From the NCBI GenBank assembly GCA_043228905.1, contig JBHGNT010000008.1, positions 9,424,001 to 9,488,000 on the forward strand: 64,000 bases of DNA, in the 5' to 3' direction. Of this stretch, positions 32,800 to 43,993 are shown piece after piece. Within the stretch, counting starts at the first letter, position 1. Each line of letters opens with the position of its first letter. Source of the DNA: Azolla caroliniana (lineage: Eukaryota; Plantae; Polypodiophyta). Made by a program: the position numbers and the translations under genes. The notes below the pieces were generated by a model. It was given only the letters and a program-made list of their open reading frames with translations. It had not been told where the DNA came from and made no database searches.

Positions 32800-35700
32800 T
32801 CACTCCGGCATGGGGTGTCTTCCCAGTCTGATCCTCTTCCGGCATGTGTCCAGCTTGTCGGGTGTCAGCACTTTGGTCAGCATATCTGACCCGTTCTCGG
32901 CCGTGTGAATCTTCGTTAGCGTGAACTCTTGGTCATCTACTCTTTCCCGGATCCAGTGATACCTCCGCTGGATATGCTTCGTCCGGGAATGGTAGGCCGC
33001 ATTCTTAGCAAGGTGGATGGCACTTTGACTGTCGCAGTAGAGTCGGTATTCCTCTTGCCGTATACCAAGCTCTCCGATGAAGTCCTTCATCCATAAAATT
33101 TCCTTGCCGGCTTCCACAGCCGCCATGTACTCCGCCTTTGTGGTTGACAATGCAACCGTCTTCTGCAGCCTCGACTGCCACGAAACAGCTCCCCCTGCAT
33201 ATGTCATCACATACCCGGATGTAGACCGGCTGGTATCCACATCAGCCGACATGTCCGAATCGGTGAAACCGTCCAGTTGAGGTTTTCCTGAGCCGAATCG
33301 GAGACACATATTTGAAGTGCCCTTCAAATACCGGAGTATCCATTTGACCGCGTTCCAATGCTCCTTGCCAGGATTACTCATGAACCGGCTCACCACTCCG
33401 ATTGCGTATCCTATATCCGGTCGGGTACACACCATAGCGTACATCAAGCTCCCGACGGCAGAGGCATATGGAATCTTCATCATATCCGCCTTCTCTGCTT
33501 TCGTCTTCGGGCTTTGCTTGCCGGATAGCCTGCAGTTTGCCGGAAGTGTCGATCCGACCGGTTTCGCTTCTGACATGTTGAACTGGTGAAGCACCTTTGT
33601 CACATACTTCTCCTGTGACAGCCATAGTTGCTTCTTTAACCGGTCCCGAATGATGTACATCCCCAGCATCTGTCTTGCCGGACCCAAGTCTTTCATTGAG
33701 AAGGTCCGGTTGAGAGCCTTCTTCAACATCTGTATTTTGACTTGGTCCCGTCCGACGATCAACATGTCATCCACGTACAGAAGGAGTATCAGGAAGTCTC
33801 CTCCTTCGAACTTCTTCACAAACACGCAGTGATCGGCCTGCGTCTTGTGGTACCCTTGATCGGTCATGAAGGAGTCGAACTTCCGGTACCATTGTCGGGG
33901 AGCCTGCTTCAGTCCGTACAGGCTCTTCTTCAACCGGCATACCAGGTGCTCCTTCCCTTTCTCCACGAAACCTTCCGGTTGCTGCATGTAGATCTCCTCT
34001 TCGAGGTCGCCATGAAGGAATGTCGTCTTCACGTCCAGCTGCTCTACCTCGAGGTCCATGCTTGCTGCTATACTCAGCACCGTCCGGATGGAGGTCATCT
34101 TTACTACCGGGGCAAATATCTCGTCGAAGTCCACGCCCTTCTTCTGTTGGAACCCCTTCACCACGATCCTGGCTTTGTATCTCGGGGGGTTGCCGGCATC
34201 TCCCAGTTTCAACTTGTACACCCACTTGTTTCGGAGTGCCCGCTTTCCTTTCGGCAACTCCACCAATTCGTACGTATGGTTCTCATGCAGGGAATCCATC
34301 TCGTCCTGCATGGCACTTAACCATTTTCGGTTGTGGGTGTCATCCTTCGCTTCTTTGAAGCTTTCCGGCTCCCCCTCATCGGTCAGCAGAATGTGCTCTG
34401 CATCCAGAAATCGTCGAGGGGCCCTTCTCTCTCTGAGAGGATATCTTCGTCTTCGGGCTTCGGTAACCGGCTCCTCCATTTGCTCTTCATCCGAATCCGA
34501 TTCGGGGTCTTGGCCGGTTCCGGTCTCAGCTTCCTCTACTTCTTCTTTTGCCGGTTCGGTATCCTCACCGTAACCGACTGGTTCCTCGAGTGCTAACCGG
34601 TCTCTTGCCGGTTGGGTCTGCTCATCGTAGAGTCTATCCTTACCGGTCGACTCAGAGTTCATTATCTTCTTCTCTGACTCCCAGTCGGGGAGCGTCTTGT
34701 CCTCCATGAAGATAATATCTCGACTCCGGAATACCTTCTTGTCGACCGGGTCCCACACTCGGTAGCCGAACTCATCGTCACCGTAACCGAGGAATATGCA
34801 TGGCCGGGTCTTTGGATCTAACTTTCCTCTCCGGTCCTTTGCTACATGCACGTACGCGAGACACCCGAACACCTTCAGATGCCGGTAGGACACTTCCTTA
34901 CCGGTCCATACTCTTTGTGGCGTGTCTCCGTCCAAGGGTACTGAGGGTGATCTGTTTATCACGTATGTCGCCGTCGACAGTGCCTCAGCCCAAAACTTCT
35001 TGGGTAGGTTTGCATGCGCTAGCATACTCCGGACCCTCTCCATTATGGTCCGGTTCATCCTCTCGGCCAGTCCAATTAGTTCCGGCGTCTTCGGCATGTT
35101 AAATTCGAGCCGGATTCCCTTCGAGTAGCAGTACTCCTCGAACTGCCCCCGGTACTCTCCTCCGTTATCTGCTCGAACCGCCTTCAGCTTCCGGCCGGTT
35201 TCTCTTTCCACTCTCGCATGGAGCTCTTTGAAGACGGATAGCACCTGGTCCTTCGTCTTCAGTGGTGTGGCCCACAGCTTCCGGGTGTGGTCATCTATGA
35301 ACGTCACGAAGTACTGCGCTCTGGCATGTGACTTCGTGTCTACTTGACACACATTCGTATGCACCAACTCCAGTGGTGCATTACGTCTCATCGGTGGCCT
35401 TGGTCGGAAGGAGGTCCGGTTCTGCTTACCGGCCAGACAATCAGTGCACTTCTCTAAGTGCACGTTCTTCACTGGAATGAGGTTGTTGTCTGCAAGCCTC
35501 TTCATCCCCTTCTCGCTCATATGACACAGCCTCTTGTGCCAGAGCTCACCGGCAGTGTCAGATGCCACGTTCACTTCTTCCGGACATAACCGGGCATTCA
35601 TCAGGTACAATGTGTTTACCTTCCGGGCCCGAGCCACAATCAGGCTCCCTTTGCTGAACTTCATGACACCATTCCGGATGCTACCTGTGTAGCCTTCATC

Positions 35701-35928
35701 ATCTAGCCGACCGGCTGATATCAGGTTCAGACGAACTTCCGGAACGTGTCGGACATCCTTCAGCAGCAACTTGCATCCAGTTGGTGTTGACAGCCACACA
35801 TCTCCTATGCCGACAATTCGGCATGTACCTTCGTTCACCATCCTGACACAGCCGTGATCACCGGCTGAGTAGGATGAGAAGCATTTCCGGTCCGGGGTAA
35901 GGTGGAACGACGCTCCGGAGTCTACCAC
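32800..35928 (-). CDS. Copia D pol (PR-INT-RT-RH), open for 1042 aa but disconnected from gag by a 1-nt deletion
   Basis: VDSGASFH, WHKRLCH, DNGGEY, LYVDDML, GFTDSD; highly similar to copia C pol. Confidence 0.9.
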   Translation of the reverse strand: MVDSGASFHLTPDRKCFSSYSAGDHGCVRMVNEGTCRIVGIGDVWLSTPTGCKLLLKDVRHVPEVRLNLISAGRLDDEGYTGSIRNGVMKFSKGSLIVARARKVNTLYLMNARLCPEEVNVASDTAGELWHKRLCHMSEKGMKRLADNNLIPVKNVHLEKCTDCLAGKQNRTSFRPRPPMRRNAPLELVHTNVCQVDTKSHARAQYFVTFIDDHTRKLWATPLKTKDQVLSVFKELHARVERETGRKLKAVRADNGGEYRGQFEEYCYSKGIRLEFNMPKTPELIGLAERMNRTIMERVRSMLAHANLPKKFWAEALSTATYVINRSPSVPLDGDTPQRVWTGKEVSYRHLKVFGCLAYVHVAKDRRGKLDPKTRPCIFLGYGDDEFGYRVWDPVDKKVFRSRDIIFMEDKTLPDWESEKKIMNSESTGKDRLYDEQTQPARDRLALEEPVGYGEDTEPAKEEVEEAETGTGQDPESDSDEEQMEEPVTEARRRRYPLRERRAPRRFLDAEHILLTDEGEPESFKEAKDDTHNRKWLSAMQDEMDSLHENHTYELVELPKGKRALRNKWVYKLKLGDAGNPPRYKARIVVKGFQQKKGVDFDEIFAPVVKMTSIRTVLSIAASMDLEVEQLDVKTTFLHGDLEEEIYMQQPEGFVEKGKEHLVCRLKKSLYGLKQAPRQWYRKFDSFMTDQGYHKTQADHCVFVKKFEGGDFLILLLYVDDMLIVGRDQVKIQMLKKALNRTFSMKDLGPARQMLGMYIIRDRLKKQLWLSQEKYVTKVLHQFNMSEAKPVGSTLPANCRLSGKQSPKTKAEKADMMKIPYASAVGSLMYAMVCTRPDIGYAIGVVSRFMSNPGKEHWNAVKWILRYLKGTSNMCLRFGSGKPQLDGFTDSDMSADVDTSRSTSGYVMTYAGGAVSWQSRLQKTVALSTTKAEYMAAVEAGKEILWMKDFIGELGIRQEEYRLYCDSQSAIHLAKNAAYHSRTKHIQRRYHWIRERVDDQEFTLTKIHTAENGSDMLTKVLTPDKLDTCRKRIRLGRHPMPE

Positions 35929-36845
35929 CAGGTCATCTCATCGCCGGCAAGGTTTATCTCACACTCCTCGGTGATGAGCATCAACTCTTCTTCACTTGCC
36001 GCGATTGCCGTCGTTCCCTTCCGGTCCAGCCCCCTCCGGTCTTTACCGTTCTGGTCTGGGGTTTGCTTCGAATCGGTACCGTCGGTTTCCTTGTCTTTAC
36101 GGAAATGCCGACAGTTCTTTTGGAAGTGTCCCGGCTTGCCGCAATAGAAGCAAGTAGGCCTCCCCCTTGACTTTGACCGTGTCCCCGACTTCTCCCGGTT
36201 CTGGGGACTACGGTTTCTATGTCTTCCGCGTTCCGATTCGGTAAGAAGCGCTTTGGAGTCGGAGCTCGTATCTTTGTCTTTCCGACGCGCCTCCTCATCT
36301 AGCAAGCTCGACTTTACTCTTGCTAGGGATAACCGTTTTCCTTCCGGCCCGGCGTTGCCCAAAGTGACAACCAACGTCTCCCAGCTATCCGGGAGGGAAC
36401 CGAGCAGGAGTAGCGCAAGTACCTCATCGGTGAGAGGTACTTCCAATGAAGTTGCCTGGTGGATCAGGCCCTGGAAGGCATTCATGTGCTCCGCCATGCT
36501 GGAGCCATCTTGGTACCGGAGTCTTACTAGCTTCCGGAATACCGACACCTGGTTAACAGCATTTTTGTTCTGAAACATTATGTCGATCTTCTCCCAGAGC
36601 TCATAAGCCTTGCTCTCTTCATTGAAGTTGTTGTATAGGCTCATGTCGATGAAGCACCGTATGTACGCCGTTGTCTTCATGTGCATCACCTCCCATATCG
36701 CAGCGTCGATTTTGTCCGGTCTCTTGTCCCCGAACTGAACCGGCAGCCAAAGGTCTTTAACCACTAGCATGTCCCTCATCTTCGACTTCCACACTGAATA
36801 GTTGGAGCTGGTGAGCTTGAACATGCCACCAAACGATTCGTCCAT
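35922..36845 (-). CDS. Copia D gag with CCHC zinc knuckle
   Basis: MDESFGGMFKLTSSNYSVWK...CFYCGKPGHFQKNC; frameshift at MTW/VVDSG (ACCACCAGG versus ACCACCCAGG in C). Confidence 0.88.
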   Translation of the reverse strand: MDESFGGMFKLTSSNYSVWKSKMRDMLVVKDLWLPVQFGDKRPDKIDAAIWEVMHMKTTAYIRCFIDMSLYNNFNEESKAYELWEKIDIMFQNKNAVNQVSVFRKLVRLRYQDGSSMAEHMNAFQGLIHQATSLEVPLTDEVLALLLLGSLPDSWETLVVTLGNAGPEGKRLSLARVKSSLLDEEARRKDKDTSSDSKALLTESERGRHRNRSPQNREKSGTRSKSRGRPTCFYCGKPGHFQKNCRHFRKDKETDGTDSKQTPDQNGKDRRGLDRKGTTAIAASEEELMLITEECEINLAGDEMTWW

Positions 36846-36875
36846 TTTTCTATGTCGATTCGCTCTGATACCACT

Positions 36876-37757
36876 TGACGTGAACGCAACGTTCCTTATG
36901 CGCAACGCTCGGCCACAACTGAGCTTAGCATGATACACAGAAAAACGAGAAATAAAACGCGACACAAAGAAGGAAAGAATACACAGGAGGTTTACGTGGA
37001 AAACCCCAAACTAGGGGAAAAACCACGGCAGCCCACAGGCTGCAAACTGTCACTATGTAGGAATATACAACAGTGAGTTCACTGAGGCAACGACCTCGTG
37101 GTCACAGATCTTCGCCGCAGGCAGCGGTTACAACAGAGGCAACGACCTCGTCTCTCTCTCTCTCTCTCTGTACAGTTACGCAGTCTCTCTTCTTCTTGCA
37201 CCAACAAGGAAGAATAACAACAACAACATACAATATTAGTTTGCCCTAAGTCATATTTATACTAATATGACTTTTCGGCTATTTACAAATATAGCCACAA
37301 TGGGCTCTCAGAAACATATTTACGAATATATGTCTCTTCCTCCGGTTCATACCGGGTCTGCACCATCCGGCTCTCTGTAGCCGGGTACTCCTCATCCGGT
37401 TCGTACCGGGCCTGCACCATCCGGCTCTCCGTAGCCGGGTACTCCTCATCCGGTTCGTACCGGGCCTGCACCATCCGGCTCTCCGTAGCCGGGTACTCCT
37501 CATCCAGTTCCTACGGGGCCTGCACCATCCGGCTCTCCGTAGCCGGGTACTCCTCATCTAGTTCCTACCGGGCCTGCATTATCCGGCTCTCCGTAGCCAG
37601 GTACTCCTCATTCGGTTCATACCGGGTCTGCATCATCCGGCTCTCCGTAGCCGGGTCCACCTCATATGGTTTAGGCCTCGGCTTATCGGCCTCGGCCGAG
37701 TCTGTTCATCGGCATTGTTCTTCCCCCTTCCCATCCGGAGGGACCTGTCTCCCAACA
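36876..37757 (-). repeat. 5' LTR of copia D (882 bp, six 54-bp tandem units)
   Basis: Direct repeat of 32056-32789. Confidence 0.95.
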
Positions 37758-38076
37758 TATTCTTCTCACATAATATATCGTTGTCATCATCTTTTTTTCT
37801 CCCTTGATCTCTCACTCACTCACTCACTCTCTCTCTGTCTCCTTCTCTCAAGTGTTCTACACCCTCTATTCTTCTTAGTACTAATATTCCTCTCTTAGTA
37901 CTAATTTCTTCTCGGTCTCAGTACTATTCTTGATAGTTTGAACCGATTTTCCTCCTTCCGTCTCCTCCTTTCCTCCTCTTCCTTTTATCTTCTTACATAT
38001 CCCCTTTTTTTCGGTTTCCCTCATCTTCTTATCCCTTTTTTCCCTTCATACTAATCTTCTTATCCTCCCTAGTAAA

Positions 38077-40317
38077 ATGGAAACTGTTACCGCTCAAGAA
38101 TACCAATCTGTTTTCTCGGAGCTCTAGTGCTTAAAAGAGAAATTTGTAGCACTAGAATAAGAAAATCACTGTTTATTGGGGGATCTTCAACAAATAGCGC
38201 TGGAAAAACAACAACAACACGGGGAGTTGATGTTACGTGTACTAACAACTTGAAGCGACTATTGTATCACCACAACAAGAAGCATCAAGCACTCAAGGGA
38301 TTCACAAAGAACCCAAGATCGGTCTTCATGCAAAATTTGATGGAACCCGATCACAGTTTAGAGGTTTTCTGAATAATGTACGTTTAGTGATTCAAATGCA
38401 TCCTTCTCGATATCCCACCGATGCATCACGAGTGGGACTAGTAGGCACTCTACTTAGTGGCTCAGCATTGGCATGGTTTGCTCCGTTGTTAGAAAAGGAA
38501 TCTCCATTACTAAACAATTTTGAGGAATTTATAAGTGAGTTTAAAGCCTGTTTTGGAGATACTGACATCACAAGGACAACAATCAAGAAAATCCGACGAT
38601 TACGCCAAGGTGATCGTCCAGCCTCCGCATACGCTGTAGATTTCCGCCTACTCACCACCGATATCCCTTGGGATGATCAAGCATTGATGGAGCAATTTCA
38701 TTATGGTTTACACAATGATGTCAAGGATTTACTCTTGACCTTCCCTAAAGAACCAAAGTCATTAACATAAGCAATCAGTTGCGCGGTAAGATGCAACAAC
38801 TGCCTTTTCGAACGACGTTCGGAACGGCAATTCCAGATGCTGAGGGCAAGATCAGAGCCCACCTATGCCTAAGTGGTAGCAAAACCTTTTCCGAGGGATT
38901 CATATAATGTGTCTCCAGTGAATGCTCCAACTCCGATGGAGATTGACACTACACGCCGTCGCGGACCATTATCGGTAGAAGAAAAGCAGCGATGTCGAGC
39001 AAATCGACTATGTCTTTATTGTGGTGGTCCAGCGCATATTGCAGTAAATTGTCCCCATAGGCCAAGAAGACAGGTAAACTAAATAGTTGCTAGTTCTAAT
39101 TGTACTAAACCCGAGTCTCTTTCAGTAGGAATATCTGATAGTCCTAACAGTACTAATAGCCCAAATCTAGCGAACAAATTTGATGTCCTTAGTTAGTTAG
39201 AAGAAGAGTTAAACAACTAAGTCCAGCCAAAATAGGAGTCGTTTGGTTGGACAACCCTAGATTTGTGCAGCCCATTAGTGGTTCCATTCCCTCTAAGCAA
39301 GTTAGCAATGTGTTCATAGCCCAAGTAACAGTTAGTACTAAAAGTACCCTTCTAGTACATGTCTTAGCACTTCTAGATTCTGAACCTAATTCTTGCTTCA
39401 TGGATATGAATTTTACCCGTGTTCAGCCTCTATAGTAGACATTGATGGTCGTCCCATTGCTTCCGGAAATATCATAGAAGAGTCAGAGCCCGTTAATATT
39501 GTCCTAGATAATCTAGCGTGTGTAGTATCATTTAATATAATTAGTATCCTAGAACATCCCATTGTTTTAGGATTACCATGGTTCAAATTACATAACGCCT
39601 GGACATAGATTAGAGAACAAGAGAAATCCGGTATCGACAAGCCCAAGGATCTACTCATAAGATTGCAACCATTTCGCTACATCAGTTGTGGGAAGAAGGA
39701 CGAAAGGAAGAAATGTTTCTCTTCGCAATATCAGTAAAACTCTCCGACACCACTAAAGAGGATTCCACCGTTCAACTTCCAAAGAAGTATCATCATTATG
39801 CCGATGTGTTCAATAAAGTACAAGGCAATATGCTTCCTCACCATCGACCGTATGATTGCCCCATCGATTTACAACCGGGAAAAGAGCCACGATGGGAACC
39901 GGTCTACAATTTTTCACCAACCGAGCTAGAAGTCCTTCCAGCCTATATAGTGGAGATCTTGGAAAATGGTTTCATTTGGCATTCGAAATCTCCAGCCGGC
40001 GCACCCATTTTCTTCGTCAAGAAAAAGGATGGATCATTTCGTCTAGTTGTAGATTATCGTGGCTTGAATAAGGTCACCGTCAGAAATAGGTATCCACTTC
40101 CCCTTACCTCAAGTCTTTTAGAACAAATCAATGGTGCAAGGTTCTTAACGAAGATCGACTTACGGGGAGCATATAACCTCGTACGGATCCAACCAGGAGA
40201 TGAATGGAAGACTACGTTTTGCACTAGATATGGGCACTTCGAGTAAACGGTCATGTTGTTTGGCCTCAGTAATGATCCAACAGCCTTCCAGCATATGGCA
40301 AATGATATATTCCGAGA
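38077..40317 (+). pseudogene. Chromovirus-type gag-PR-RT, degenerate
   Basis: LLSGSALAWFAPLLE (gag), PTPMEID..CLYCGGPAHIAVNC, LLDSEPNSCFMD (PR), FFVKKKDGSFRLVVDYRGLN..KIDLRGAYNLVRI (RT). Confidence 0.88.
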
Positions 40318-40502
40318 TGTTGAGAATCGAACTCAACTTCCCATAGATAGGTTTCACACTAGCTCATGGACATTCCAAGCTAGTTTTGTAAATAGTAGAA
40401 AGGGCGCTTGCCCTAGCTTAGTTGGTATATAAACCAACTCATTGTAACTTAGTCATTGTTGGATGTATTTCGTTTTGTTAATATCATATACACTTTTGTC
40501 TA

Positions 40503-40540
<38 letters not shown>

Positions 40541-43500
40541 GTTACACATACACACACATACGTTCACCTTCCGTTGCATTGCAACCACTCATGCCTTCTC
40601 ATTTCTTAACATGGTATCAGAGTGTGTGGTTGCCTGATCAAGCATTTTCGACTGTGTTGTGCTGCACGCAGACGATCAACAGAACCAGGCCATCGACAAA
40701 GAAGAAATCACCATGAATACTCAAATGGGAAGCGCTCTTCCTACCGAGAAGCTCGACAGAACGAACTTTGCAACTTGGGAATACAAGATGCACCAATATC
40801 TTGTCGGACAAGGCTACTGGAGCTACATCGAAGGAGCTCACGAATCACACCCCAACCCAACACATGCCAACTACCCCGCTTGGGCACATGCCGCAAGTCG
40901 TGTGTTGTATTGCCTTGCATCATGCGTTCATGATCACATGCTTGGCTACATTCGAGAGGCAAAATCGCCGAAGTACGCATGGGAAAATCTCAAAAAGATT
41001 TTCGCAGCCAACATGGCCACACGCAAGCTCCAGCTTCGTCAGGAGCTGAATAACATCCAACAGAGGGACATGTCAATCTCAAGCTATACCTTGAAGATCA
41101 AGGAGCTATGTGACGCCCTCGTATCGATCAACGTTGTCCTTGACAATGACGAACTGGTGCAGATATGCCTCAGAGGCTTAGCACCGTGTTTCGATGCGAT
41201 TAGATCGGCTATGCTCGCAAGGGAGAACCCTCCCTCTTTCTTTAACCTTCAGTCGATATTGTTCGTCAAAGAGAATCACGCCTGGTAGAGAAGCAATGCA
41301 CCAGATGTTCATATGCTCTACTCCTAGTTGGATGATAGAAGGAATTTTGGTCGAGGTCATAGAGGTCACTTCGGACAAGGTCGTAATGATCGGCAAAATC
41401 AAGAGCGTAACTCTCACCAATGGCAAATGGATAGAAATGGTTCCAGAGAGTTCGGCGGAAGGGGGAGTCATAACGCCGGACCGAGCAATCGCCGAAACCC
41501 AGTCGAGTGCGGGTATTGCCGAAAACCCGGCCATTATGAAGAGGAGTGTTGGAAGAAGAAACGTGAGACAGGCCAACAACTGACAAATTACGCCACGAAC
41601 TCCGAATACGGCGACCGTGGCGGAATGTTCATAATGAAGCACGAAGCACACTGGATGTCTGCATTTGAGACAACCAGTGCCTCCACTCTCCTAATAGTGT
41701 ATGGTTTGTCGATTCAGGAGTTTCCAATCACATGACTTCCCATGAAGATTAGTTTCAGGAATTACAGAAGCTCGAACATCCCGGATATGTCGAAACAGGT
41801 GATGATACGACTCATCCAATACAACATATCGGGAATGTCCCATTCGAAAATGACGACGAACAAACCTACATCAAGAACGTACTGCATGTTCCCACCATCA
41901 CAAAAATTCTAGTCTCAGTAGGCCAGATTGTAGAACAAGGAATGTAGGTAGGCTTCAACAACAAAGGGTGCTTCATTGGAAAAGGCGATCAAGTCGTAGC
42001 TCATGGCAGACGAGAAGGCCGTATGCTCATCCTAGAGTCAAGCGAAGTAAAGTCGACTATGTACGCGAAGGGCCAGAAAGTCAAAACCGAATTTAAATTG
42101 TGGCACAAGAGAATCGGCCACATCAATCTCGAAAAGCTTCAGAACATGTTGACAAAAGGAGTCGTAATCGGACTCCCGAACTTTACCACAAAGGAGATCA
42201 CGGGCGTGTGCGAAGCATGCCAAATTGGAAAGAAACATTGTCATCCATTCCCAAAAGAGCGGAATGTAAGCAAAGGGATCCTGGATGTCATACATTCAGA
42301 TGTGTGGGGACCAGCCCAAATAGCTACTTTCGGCGGATGCCGTTACTATGTCACGTTCATCAACGACTTCTTTAGAAATACCTGGATTTATCCGATGAAG
42401 CAAAAGAGTGAAGTGTTCGGCCACTTCCAGAAGTTCAAAGCCGAACTAGAAAAAGCTATAGGCCAACATGTACGCTGCCTTCGATCAGATGGACGCAAAG
42501 AATATTTTTCGGATGAGTTCTCGTGTTGACATACACCTCAACAAAACGGTGTAGCTAAGCGTAAAAACCACCACATAGTAGAATACGCACGAGCCATGAT
42601 GAATGAGAAGAACATGTCGAAATCGTACTGGGCAGAAGCGGCGAACACGGCCGTATACCTCATGAATAGGTGCACAACCTTAGGAGTACACGACATAATT
42701 CCTCATGAGAAGTTCTTTGGAAAGAAGCTAGACTTATCGCATGTCCGCAGTTTCGGCTCTATCGCCTACGTACATATTCCCCACGATATGCAACAAAAGC
42801 TCGATCCGAAGTCGAAGAAATGTATCCTCGTAGGATACTCACTTGAACAGAAGGCGTACAAGTGCTACAACCCATCTAACCGAAGAGTTCGCATCAGTTA
42901 GGACGTAGTCTTCGACGAGTTCACATCCTGGTACGCACCAGAGAATACTTCGACTCCGTTCAACATGGATGACACCGAAATAAGAATAGAAGCCGAAGAT
43001 CGTCTCACGCATATGCACGAAGAAAGTCCAATTTCGACATGGCTAAGCAGACCACAAGAGCCCCCAAGTGATCAAAGAACATCTCGGCCAAGTCCACTGC
43101 TAGACAAAGGCAAGGTGAAAATGTAGGAGTATGAAGATCATTTCAATCTTGACAGTGAGTTCAAAGGCCTTGACATCCACACGGAAGGCGTGAAGAAAAC
43201 CCTAGAATCCGCAAATTACAAGCCACCCCGATCCACGCGCGAGAAGAACCTCGTAAACCGCTACGGCTACGACGAGTACATGGCGTATCATTACGCATTC
43301 ATGATGAAGGTAGCGTCAGTACGGGAACCGAAAATGATTTCCAAAGCCACAAAGGATCCATGATGGGTCAACGCAATGAATGAGGAGTTGGAAGCGTTAT
43401 GCAAAAATGAGACATGGGATCTCGTTCCTCACCCCCGAACAAGAAACCAAGTGGTTGTAGGTGGATTTACAAGGTGAAGCACAAAGCCGATGGTTCCGAT

Positions 43501-43993
43501 GGTTTCAAAAGGCTATGCACAAACACATGGCGTAGACTACGAAGAAACCTTTGCCCCGATGGCAAAGATGACAACTATATGGACAATAATTACACTCGTT
43601 GCAGCGACGGGATGGCATCTCCACCAGATGAACGTGAAAAATTATTTCCTCCAAGGAGAGTTAGATGAAGAGGTGTACATGATACAACCACCCGGATTCG
43701 AATCACGTCATCATCCGCACGCCGTATGCCGACTCAAGAAGCCATGCTACGGCCTCAAACAAGCCCCGCGTGCTTGGCACTCGAAGATCACGCAGTATCT
43801 ACACCAAATTGGATTTCGGATGTCAAAATCCGATACATCTCTGTACATCCAAAATGAGTCGGATAGCCCAATAGTCATCATTCTATACGTGGATGACTTG
43901 GTTATCAGAGGAAAGAATCTCGCCGAGATTAACAAAGTTAAATCACTTCTTTCCGGCAGATTCGAAATGAAGGACCTGCACGAACTTCATTAC
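40318..43993 (+). mobile_element. Ty1/copia element F (related to B/G), 5' LTR to mid-RT, 3' truncated
   Basis: LTR TGTTGAG...TTAACA at 40318-40611; PBS TGGTATCAGAG at 40612; gag 40713-41735, INT 42023-42901, RT 43490-43993 (LYVDDLV). Confidence 0.9.

Larger units (their letters stand above)
32056..37757 (-). mobile_element. Ty1/copia LTR retrotransposon D (Tnt1/Tork-like), full length, one frameshift
   Basis: LTRs 32056-32789 and 36876-37757; TSD TATTC (32051-32055 / 37758-37762); PBS TGGTATCAGAGCG at 36861-36873; PPT AGGGGGAGTT. Confidence 0.97.
31865..40317 (+). mobile_element. Ty3/gypsy chromovirus-type (Tcn1/Tf1-like) element, 5' part; LTR split by copia D, RT cut by copia F
   Basis: LTR about 31865-32055 plus 37763-37935 (TATA CTATAAAAG at 31973); gag, zinc knuckle, PR and RT on the plus strand. 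Confidence 0.8.

Noticed and set aside
35922-35935. Possible programmed frameshift between gag and pol in copia D
   Set aside because: Copia C has one continuous frame here; D simply lacks one C, and there is no slippery heptamer.
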